From contig CAWAIF010000003.1 in the NCBI GenBank assembly GCA_963782055.1, positions 1,984,001 to 2,048,000 on the forward strand: a stretch of 64,000 nucleotides of DNA, written 5' to 3'. The translations under genes and the position numbers were made by a program. Each line of letters starts with the position of its first letter. The stretch's first letter is position 1. A model generated the notes under the pieces. That model searched no databases. It worked only from the letters and a program-made list of their open reading frames with translations, and was not told where the DNA came from. The DNA is from an uncultured delta proteobacterium (GTDB taxonomy: Bacteria; Myxococcota_A; Polyangia; Polyangiales; Polyangiaceae). Positions 8,870 to 16,446 of the stretch are shown piece after piece.

Positions 8870-10906
8870 GTGCGCCGTGAAGAAGCAGGTCGTCCGTCGG
8901 GCATGCCCGACGAACGACCTGCCTCAAGCTGCGCTTCTCCAGCGGGTGAGAGTCCCGCACCGGTAAGCGTCGGAGCGCCGGGTAGCAGGCCCCAGCCGAG
9001 CGGGAGAGATCCCGTCGGCCGAGCGGGGCGTCGAAAGGGTCCACGGACCGAGCGAGCACGCGGGCCGCAACATGAAGTGAAGCTTGCAGCCTCGTCAGAT
9101 CTACAAACCGGGAGCCGAGCCGATCATGTCGCGGCGAAGGCAATATCGGCGGCGCCAGATCCGAAACGCGCCGTCGGTCCCGGCGGGGTAGGGAGCGCAG
9201 CACGCGTGCAAGGAGGAGTGCGGAACTCGGGAGGCCCGTCTGCGTCGCCCTCGTCGGGGCAAGGCGCGTCGTATAAGCCAGAGGCGAAGTCGGCCGCTGC
9301 GCAGCGGGAGTCCGAGGGGGTCACTGTACCGAAGAGCGAGGCGCGAGCTTCGCGAACGAACGCCGTGAAGAACAACGCGGCAGGAGGGAAAGACCCCTGC
9401 AGTGGTCGTGTCGGCGGAGCAGGTAAGCGCGAGGGCATGGCCGGCGAGACCGGTCCCAACCACCCCCATCGGCGACAGCCCATGGACAAAGTGCGACAAC
9501 TGCAACGCCGGCTGTGTGCCGCGGCCAAGCGGCATCCGGAGCGCCGATTCCACGCGCTGTATGACCGCATCGCGAGGCGTGACGTCCTCGCGGAAGCGTG
9601 GAAGCGGGTAAGGAGGAACAAGGGAGCCGCGGGCGTCGATGCCCAGACGATCGCGGCGCTCGAGGTGTACGGAGTGGATCGACTCCTCGGAGAGATCCAT
9701 GACGTGCTCCGTGCAGGCAGGTACCGGCCGGCAGCGGTGCTGCGCCGGTACATCCCGAAGGCCGATGGGAAGAAGCGGCCGCTTGGGATCCCGACGGTCC
9801 GAGACCGGGTGGTGCAGATGGCGACGAAGCTCGTGCTGGAGCCGATCTTCGAGGCGAGCTTTCGCTCGTGCTCGTACGGCTTCCGTATCGGGCGGAGCGC
9901 GACGGACGCCCTGGAGACGCTGAGGAAGCTCGGCGCGAAGGGGTACAACCACGTGCTCGACGCCGACATCCGTGACTACTTCGGGAGCATCGATCACGAC
10001 AAGCTGATGAAGCTCGTCGAGCGGCGCATCTCGGACCGGAGGGTGCTCAAGCTGCTGCGGCAGTGGCTCACGGCGGGGGTGATGGACGAAGGCACGGTGA
10101 CCAACCCCTCCAGCGGCACGCCGCAGGGCGGGGTGATCTCGCCGCTGCTCTCGAACATCTACCTCGCCGTGCTCGACGACGTGTGGACGAAGCGGTGCGC
10201 GCATCTTGGCGAGCTGGTTCGTTATGCGGACGACTTCGTCGTGATGTGCAGGACGAAGCGTGACGTCGACGAGGCCGAGCTTCGCGTGAAGCACGTGATG
10301 ACGCGACTCGGGCTCGAGCTGCACCCGGACAAGACGAGGAAGCTGGACCTCTCCTGGGGTAAGAAGGGGTTCGACTTCCTCGGCTGCCACCTGCGGAAAC
10401 GCTTGAGCGGGTCCATCTGGGAGAGGTCGCGCAAACGCGTGTACTTCCTCCAGCGCTGGCCATCGGCTCGCGCGATGAAGCGGATCCGGCAGCGCGTGAG
10501 GGACCTCACCCCGCGATCACGCTGCCACGCGGACCTGCGCGACGTCGTCGCGCAGCTCAACCCCGTGCTGCGTGGCTGGGGCGAGTACTTTCGCACCGGG
10601 AACGCCGACGTGAAGTTCAACCGACTCGACGAGTACGTGTACGAACGGCTTCGAGCGCTGCGCCTGAAACGGGCCGGCTCGAAGCTCAAGGCCGGACAAG
10701 CCGAGCGCTGGACCCGCGACTACTTCGTCGAAGGCTTCGGGCTCCACCGCCTGCGCGGGACCATCCGCTACCCGGAGGCCGCGTAATGCCGCGTCACGAG
10801 AGACCACCGGTAAGCCGTGTGCGGGAAATCCGCACGCACGGTTTGAGAGGGGGTCTTGACTCCAACCGCCGCCGTAGGGCGGCCAAGGTGTAAGGATCTA
10901 CCAATG
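8870..10906 (+). mobile_element. Group II intron copy 1 (2037 nt), inserted after the host ATG
   Basis: 5' GTGCG; domain V 10812-10844 with AGC triad; domain VI with bulged A10900; RT ORF; boundaries fixed by comparison with copy 2. Confidence 0.95.
9482..10786 (+). CDS. ltrA: Group II intron RT/maturase without endonuclease domain (frame open from ATG 8867)
   Basis: RPLGIPTVRDR, DADIRDYF, GTPQGGVISPLL, YADD, FDFLG, domain X LNPVLRGWGEYF; no HNH tail. Confidence 0.96.
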   Translation: MDKVRQLQRRLCAAAKRHPERRFHALYDRIARRDVLAEAWKRVRRNKGAAGVDAQTIAALEVYGVDRLLGEIHDVLRAGRYRPAAVLRRYIPKADGKKRPLGIPTVRDRVVQMATKLVLEPIFEASFRSCSYGFRIGRSATDALETLRKLGAKGYNHVLDADIRDYFGSIDHDKLMKLVERRISDRRVLKLLRQWLTAGVMDEGTVTNPSSGTPQGGVISPLLSNIYLAVLDDVWTKRCAHLGELVRYADDFVVMCRTKRDVDEAELRVKHVMTRLGLELHPDKTRKLDLSWGKKGFDFLGCHLRKRLSGSIWERSRKRVYFLQRWPSARAMKRIRQRVRDLTPRSRCHADLRDVVAQLNPVLRGWGEYFRTGNADVKFNRLDEYVYERLRALRLKRAGSKLKAGQAERWTRDYFVEGFGLHRLRGTIRYPEAA

Positions 10907-11560
10907 TCGCACTGGGAGCACCGACCCGAGCCGAAGTGGCGTGAGTTCAAGTTCAACCAGCCGTACGCGAAGGGGCTGAAGCGCCTGCGCGAGGAGGTCC
11001 TCGCCAAGACCGACTTCGACCCCGCGACGCTCTGGCAGTGGGGGACGATGCAGGCGATGGCGCTGATCGAGGTGCTCAAGTCCTGCGAGGCGACCTTCGG
11101 CGCGGAGGGGCAGAAGCTGGTGCAGGACGCGCTCCATCGCGTCGGTCAGGACGTCGGCCGGCAGATCCTGGAGGGTGTGGAGATCCCAGACGACCTGACC
11201 GAGACCGAGTTCATCTCCTTCTACGCCACGGTCATCAACCGCATCCCGTACGCCTCGCTGGAGGCGCCGCGCATCGACGCCGAGGGCAAGGCGACCTTCG
11301 ACATCCTCTGGTGCCCGCACCAGGACCACTACGGCGCCTTCGACTGCCGCGTGCAGCGCTACTTCGTGCAGGGGATGATCGACGCCGCGCGCGAGCACGC
11401 CGCGGGCTTCGGCTTCGAGGTGCGCTTTGACACGACGATCCCGTCGGGGTCGCCGACGTGCCACTTCACGATGTGGAAGCCGACGGAGGAGGAGCGCGCC
11501 GCGTGGGAGGGCACGACGAAGCTGATCGAGGACAAGGCGCTCGCCCGCGCGAAGCGGTAG
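10904..11560 (+). CDS. Hypothetical protein, host gene of intron copy 1 (possible V4R/ATC-hydrolase-like fold)
   Basis: 218-aa ORF with WCPH, DC and CHF motifs; ATG supplied by the intron end or by 8867 after splicing. Confidence 0.75.
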   Translation: MSHWEHRPEPKWREFKFNQPYAKGLKRLREEVLAKTDFDPATLWQWGTMQAMALIEVLKSCEATFGAEGQKLVQDALHRVGQDVGRQILEGVEIPDDLTETEFISFYATVINRIPYASLEAPRIDAEGKATFDILWCPHQDHYGAFDCRVQRYFVQGMIDAAREHAAGFGFEVRFDTTIPSGSPTCHFTMWKPTEEERAAWEGTTKLIEDKALARAKR

Positions 11561-11563
11561 CGC

Positions 11564-13402
11564 TCAGTGCACCAGCCCCTGCCGGAATGCGTCCACGATC
11601 CCCGCGATCGCCGGGCGGTAGCCGTACAGCGGGTCGTTCGGCTGCGTCTCGGTGACGTGGATCGGGCAGATGGATGACACGCTCGCCTGTGCGCCCAGCG
11701 CGTGCGCCAGCGCCAGCTCGCGGATGGTGGGGTAGGCCTTGCCGCGGAGCTGGAGCGTCGGCGTCTTCTCGTCGCAGAGGGGGGAGCCGTGCGCCTTGTT
11801 CTGCGCGCAGTCGCACACCGCGCCCAGGTTGGGGTCGTTGCAGTCGCGCGGGGCGGCGAGCGGGAAGGTGCATGCAAACTGCAAGAACTGGCCACCGCTG
11901 TCCCACTCGCGGCCGTGGATGGGGTCCGCAGTGTCCGACGCGCTCGGCGGCGGCAGGCCGGGGCGCGGGGTGATGCTCTCCAGCATGTGCGGGTCCTCCC
12001 CGGTGAAGTCGTAGGCGAGGGGATCTTTGCCCAGGATCTTCTGCCAGTCGGCCTCGGTGAGGGTGTCCTTCTGCGGACTCTGGGGGTTCGTCGGGTCGAC
12101 CTGCAGGAGCTGGTGCGGCACGCCCCCGATGACGGCGAAGAAGACGAGCTTGGGCGAGCGCGGGCCCGGCGGGAGATTGCACAGCTCCTCGCTCGGCGTC
12201 GCCGGCAGCGCCCCGGCGAAGATGGGGTTGGTGCAGTTCTTCTGGCCGACGTAGTCGAAGGAGCCGCCCGGGTGCTCGCCCTCGCGGTCCGGCACCGTGG
12301 TCGACGTGAGGCCGTCGACGTAGCGCGAGAGCGGGTACTGCGGGTCCACGCCGAAGCGCTGCTTCAGGTGGAACATGCGCACGTTGGGCGGGTCCTCGCT
12401 GGAGGTGTAGAAGCCGCCGCCGATGGCGCAGTTGGGATCGCTCGATCCACCTGTGCACGGACGGCACTGGGGAGAGAGCGGGTCGGTCGCGCACGCGCTG
12501 GTAGGGCGCGGGTCGCCGCCGCCGGAGGAGCCGGGATAGGTGGAGTTGAGGTAGGCCCACGCGTGGCCGCCGAGGGCGCGCGGGTCGATCTGCGAGTCGT
12601 TCTCGTCGCTGACGACGATGACCCCGAGCAGGGAGTCGGGCCGAAGGAAGTCGTGGCGCTGCTGCAGGATGGTGGAGTCGACGCCGGAGAAGGTGGCGAT
12701 GTCGCCCTGCCGCACGATCTCGGCGTAGGGGTCGGGCTGCACCAGGAAGCGGTACCAGCTCTCGAGCTGGCCCTCGAAGCCACACCCGAACTCGCCCAGC
12801 CCGGTGACCAGATCCTGGAAGCGCGCGACGAGCTGCGCCGGGTCGGAGATGGCGGTGACCGGCGGCTTGGGGTTGCCCCTGTTGGCGTCCACGTCGGGGA
12901 ACCAGGCGAGGAAGTTGTCCGGCGAGGCCTCCGGCACGGCCTCGTCCTGCGGCGCCTTGCGGTTGACCAGGTGTCCCTGGTCGTCGTTGTGGCGCAGCAG
13001 GGCAGGGTTCTGCGGGTTGGGCGAGCCGGCGTCGCACTCGTCGGACCCCATGCCGCCGAGCGACGAGGTGACGATGGCGATGTGGATGTCGGGCACCGGC
13101 TTGAACTCCAGCTTGCCCACCTGGCACTTGCCGTCCACCGAGTCGCCGACGATGGCGTTGCTCGCGTCCACGCACTTCGGGCGGATGAGGCGGTCGAGCA
13201 GGTCCGGCACCGCCTGCCGCAGGAGCTCCTGCTTGTCCCCCATCGACCCCGAGTTGTCGATCATGAAGAGCAGGTCCACCTTGCCGCTCACCGAGAGCGG
13301 GCCGGCGTCGACCTCCGTCCTGTGATCCGGCGCGAGCAGGCCGGTGCGCGCACCGCACGCGACGACCAGCAAGGCCAACCCCACCACCAAGCCAAGGCGC
13401 AT
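11564..13402 (-). CDS. Myxobacterial Cys-rich lipoprotein with vWA-like domain (CglB-like)
   Basis: Lipobox VVAC; MIDAS-like DLLFMIDNSGSM; VSDEND. Confidence 0.8.
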   Translation of the reverse strand: MRLGLVVGLALLVVACGARTGLLAPDHRTEVDAGPLSVSGKVDLLFMIDNSGSMGDKQELLRQAVPDLLDRLIRPKCVDASNAIVGDSVDGKCQVGKLEFKPVPDIHIAIVTSSLGGMGSDECDAGSPNPQNPALLRHNDDQGHLVNRKAPQDEAVPEASPDNFLAWFPDVDANRGNPKPPVTAISDPAQLVARFQDLVTGLGEFGCGFEGQLESWYRFLVQPDPYAEIVRQGDIATFSGVDSTILQQRHDFLRPDSLLGVIVVSDENDSQIDPRALGGHAWAYLNSTYPGSSGGGDPRPTSACATDPLSPQCRPCTGGSSDPNCAIGGGFYTSSEDPPNVRMFHLKQRFGVDPQYPLSRYVDGLTSTTVPDREGEHPGGSFDYVGQKNCTNPIFAGALPATPSEELCNLPPGPRSPKLVFFAVIGGVPHQLLQVDPTNPQSPQKDTLTEADWQKILGKDPLAYDFTGEDPHMLESITPRPGLPPPSASDTADPIHGREWDSGGQFLQFACTFPLAAPRDCNDPNLGAVCDCAQNKAHGSPLCDEKTPTLQLRGKAYPTIRELALAHALGAQASVSSICPIHVTETQPNDPLYGYRPAIAGIVDAFRQGLVH

Positions 13403-13456
13403 GGGGATAGAGATGGCGCATGGGCGGCGGGGCGCAAGCCCAAAGCGCCGCCGCGG

Positions 13457-15643
13457 TCACTCGATGTCGTCCGGGCCGTCGTAGATCCCGTCGTCGTCCT
13501 CGCCGCTCCCGTCCTCGCTGCTGCGGTAGCGGTCGAGGAGATCGCGGTGATCCCGCGCGGCGGCGCCGCCCATGTCCTCCAGCGCATCGGCGGCGGCTCG
13601 CTTGACGTCGGCGGAGGCGTCGTCGCGCAGCAAGACGTCCACCAGGGCCGACTGCGCCTTGTCGTCGCCGAGCTGGGCCAGATACCGGATGCTGCTCTGT
13701 TGCACCTGGGGGTCGCTGTCCTTGACGCCCTCCAGCAGGACGCGCTCGTTGGCGTCGCCGCCGAGAGAGCTCGCGGTGGTCACCGCGGTGAGGCGCAGCG
13801 CCGGATCGTCGGAATGGATGTCGCGGTCGGCCGCGGCGGCGGCGCGCTCGGGGCTGGACTGCGCCAGCGCGTACATCGCGGCGCGCGAGACGTTGGGATC
13901 CTTGTCCAGGGCGAGCTGCTCGAGCTGGGAGGAGGCGGCGCCGCTGTGCACGCGCCCCAGGGAGCGGATGGAGGTGAGGCGCGTGGAGAGGTCGCTATCG
14001 TGCGTCCCGTCGATGAGGGCGCGCTCGGCGTCCGGGCCGCCCACCATCGCCAGGCCGTTCAGGGCGCTGCGTCGCACGCCCGCGTCCTTGTCGTGGAGCG
14101 CGGCCACGAACACCGGCGCCGTCTTGGGGTCGCCGCTGCCGCCCAGCGCGGTGAGGGCCTGCGCCCGTGTCGCCGGCTCGCCGGTGCGCGCCAGGTCCTC
14201 GACGGCCTGGATGGCGACCGCGTCGCCCTGCTGGATGAGCGCGTTCATCGCCTGCGTCCTCATCGTCTGGCCGCCGCCGCGCGCCACCTGGATCAGGGCG
14301 TCGCGCGCCTCCGGCGTGCCGTCCTGGGCGAGCAGGTTGAGCGCGACGGAGCCGCCGTCGCCCCCCTGGTCCCTGGCGAGGTCGATCGCGAGCTTGCGCG
14401 CCTCCTCCTTGCCGCCGGGCATACCCATGAGCTGCTGGAGCGCCGTCGCCTGCTGGGGACCGGACGCGCGCGCCACCCCGGCCACCGCGTCGCGCGCGGC
14501 GTCGCCGCCGATGTTCGCCAGGGCGTTCAGCGCGTTGCCCGCCGCGCCGGGCGAGCCGTGGCGCACCATGTCGGTGAGCGTGCCGACCGCGGAGGTGTCG
14601 TGGCGGTTGCCGAAGAAGTTGGCGGCGGTCGCGGCGATCTGCGCGTCGCTCGAGGACAGGCCTCGGATCATCGCGCCACGCACGTCGTCGCCGTCCAGCG
14701 TGGACATCGCCTGGAAGGCGTACAGGGACCTGTCGTGATCGGCGCCGCCGGCGATCTGCACCAGGAGCGCGCGCGAGGCGTCGTCGCCCACCCGGGCGAG
14801 AGCGTTGGTAGCGACGGCCACCTCGCCGCGGGTGCCGTGCTGCGCGGCGTCGCCGAGCACCTGCACCGCCGCCGCGCCGCCGAGGTCTCCCAGCGCGCGC
14901 AGGGCGGACTGGCGCGCCTCGGCGGTGCCGCCCTTCGCCACGGCGCAGAGCACGGGTACCGCTGCGGCGTCGTGGGTGGCGCCGAGGGCGGCGATGAGCT
15001 CCGCCTGCGACTCGCCGGTCTCGGTCTTCAGCGCGTCCTCGATGAGGCCGGACGCCTCCGCCACGTGCGCGTTGCCCAGGGCGAGCAGGGCGGCGAGCCG
15101 CGTGTCGTGGTCCCCCGTCTTCGCGGCGGTGAGGACCATCTGGTGCGCCTCGGGGTCGTCCAGCGACGCCAGGGAGGCCAGAGCGGCGTCGCGGACATCG
15201 GGGTTCTTGTCGCCGATGAGCTCGCCCAGCCAGCTCTTGGCGGCGCCGTTGTGGACCTGACCGAGGGCGGTGGCCGCGCATAGGCGGACGGGCTGCGGCT
15301 GCTTCGCGTCCGTCCGATCGGTGATGGCGCTGGTGGCCTCCTGATCGTCGGTGGCGTTGGGCGCCAGGGCGTAGAGCGCATCGCACACCTTCGACGGGGA
15401 GCGGGCCGCGCGCAGCGCCTCGACCTGGGTGCCGACGTGGGCGGCGGGCGTGTCGTCCTGCGTGGCGTCTCCGGCGCCGAAGAAGCCGAACCATCCCCCG
15501 CCGCTCTTCGCCCGTACATGTGGGGAAGAGGACGCCTTGGTGCCCGCCCCGGCGTGGGCGTGGTCCTTCGCCGGGTGCAGGGCGAAGAAGGCAGCGGCCC
15601 CCACGGCGGCGAACGTCGAGATTTTCCAGGCGCGGGTGCCCAT
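13457..15643 (-). CDS. Exported HEAT-repeat protein
   Basis: Recurring D.D..VR.AA..AL..lg units; N-terminal hydrophobic segment. Confidence 0.85.
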   Translation of the reverse strand: MGTRAWKISTFAAVGAAAFFALHPAKDHAHAGAGTKASSSPHVRAKSGGGWFGFFGAGDATQDDTPAAHVGTQVEALRAARSPSKVCDALYALAPNATDDQEATSAITDRTDAKQPQPVRLCAATALGQVHNGAAKSWLGELIGDKNPDVRDAALASLASLDDPEAHQMVLTAAKTGDHDTRLAALLALGNAHVAEASGLIEDALKTETGESQAELIAALGATHDAAAVPVLCAVAKGGTAEARQSALRALGDLGGAAAVQVLGDAAQHGTRGEVAVATNALARVGDDASRALLVQIAGGADHDRSLYAFQAMSTLDGDDVRGAMIRGLSSSDAQIAATAANFFGNRHDTSAVGTLTDMVRHGSPGAAGNALNALANIGGDAARDAVAGVARASGPQQATALQQLMGMPGGKEEARKLAIDLARDQGGDGGSVALNLLAQDGTPEARDALIQVARGGGQTMRTQAMNALIQQGDAVAIQAVEDLARTGEPATRAQALTALGGSGDPKTAPVFVAALHDKDAGVRRSALNGLAMVGGPDAERALIDGTHDSDLSTRLTSIRSLGRVHSGAASSQLEQLALDKDPNVSRAAMYALAQSSPERAAAAADRDIHSDDPALRLTAVTTASSLGGDANERVLLEGVKDSDPQVQQSSIRYLAQLGDDKAQSALVDVLLRDDASADVKRAAADALEDMGGAAARDHRDLLDRYRSSEDGSGEDDDGIYDGPDDIE

Positions 15644-15814
15644 CGTTCTCCGTACGGTCGTACGCTCGGCGAAGATCTCTTCTTCCGCCGGCGTCAGGCG
15701 ATCGAGAGGACAGCAGACGGCCCGCCGGGTTCCCGGACGCTCCTCCTTTGACCACACGCCGGGCGCCGGCTTGGACCTCCCCGTCGCCGGCGGGAGCGGC
15801 TACCCTGGGCTGGA

Positions 15815-16375
15815 ATGGATGCGATGGGTGGCGAGCGAGGGGCAGAGCGCCGCACGACCCGTGGGGTGCGCTTCGTGCCCCTCATCGAGATGCCCTGCAT
15901 GGTCTCCGGCATCTGGCGCCGCTTCGGTGTCCACGTCTTCGAGGGCAAGGTCACCCTGGAGGACATGGCCCGCATCGAGCAGGCGAGCGAAGCGTGGCAC
16001 GCCAAGATCCCCGGCAAGCTGGTGGAGCTGGTGGTCGTCATCCCCAGCGGCGCCAAGATGACGAGCGACGAGCGCAAGAAGATGGCGCACATCATCCGCC
16101 GCTGGGAGAACACGCGGACCGCCTCCGCCACGGTGATCCTCGCGCAGGGCCTCGTGGGCGCCATGCACCGCAGCGTCCTCACCGGGATGCAGATGCTCGC
16201 CCCCGCGCCCCACCCGCAGTCGGTGTTCGGCAACGTGCCCGACGCCCTGCTCTGGCTTTGCCCACATGTACGTGACGCGTGCCAGGCCGCCGTCGAGCCG
16301 GAGGACCTGGTGGCGGGCGTCGACGCGCTGACCGAGAGCTTCGCCGCGCGCCCCGAGAAGGCCCCGCTGGTCTAG
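15815..16375 (+). CDS. Hypothetical protein (possibly STAS/SEC14-like)
   Basis: 186-aa ORF with protein-like composition. Confidence 0.6.
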   Translation: MDAMGGERGAERRTTRGVRFVPLIEMPCMVSGIWRRFGVHVFEGKVTLEDMARIEQASEAWHAKIPGKLVELVVVIPSGAKMTSDERKKMAHIIRRWENTRTASATVILAQGLVGAMHRSVLTGMQMLAPAPHPQSVFGNVPDALLWLCPHVRDACQAAVEPEDLVAGVDALTESFAARPEKAPLV

Positions 16376-16446
16376 GTCGTTCCTTGCTCCAGCCCCGCGG
16401 ATGTGCTGGGCTTGATGAGGGCACCAATCTCAGCAGGAGGGCTGCC

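Noticed and set aside
9482..10786. RT as a retron, DGR, CRISPR-RT or defence RT
   Set aside because: It has domain X and is flanked by GTGCG, domain V and domain VI, which identifies a group II intron
10812..10844. Class IIC (terminator-targeting) intron
   Set aside because: Full-length domain V with AGC triad, and no terminator hairpin directly before either insertion site
10856..10903. N-terminal extension MTPTAAVGRPRCKDLP of both host genes
   Set aside because: This is intron domain VI sequence; the true starts are 10904 and 20658
8867..10906. Flanking ATG...ATG as a transposon target-site duplication
   Set aside because: No transposase or terminal inverted repeats; retrohoming makes no TSD; ribozyme features explain the terminal ATG
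11702..15283. Very long antisense or alternate-frame ORFs (this one and many others)
   Set aside because: Shadow ORFs of high-GC codon bias overlapping well-supported genes
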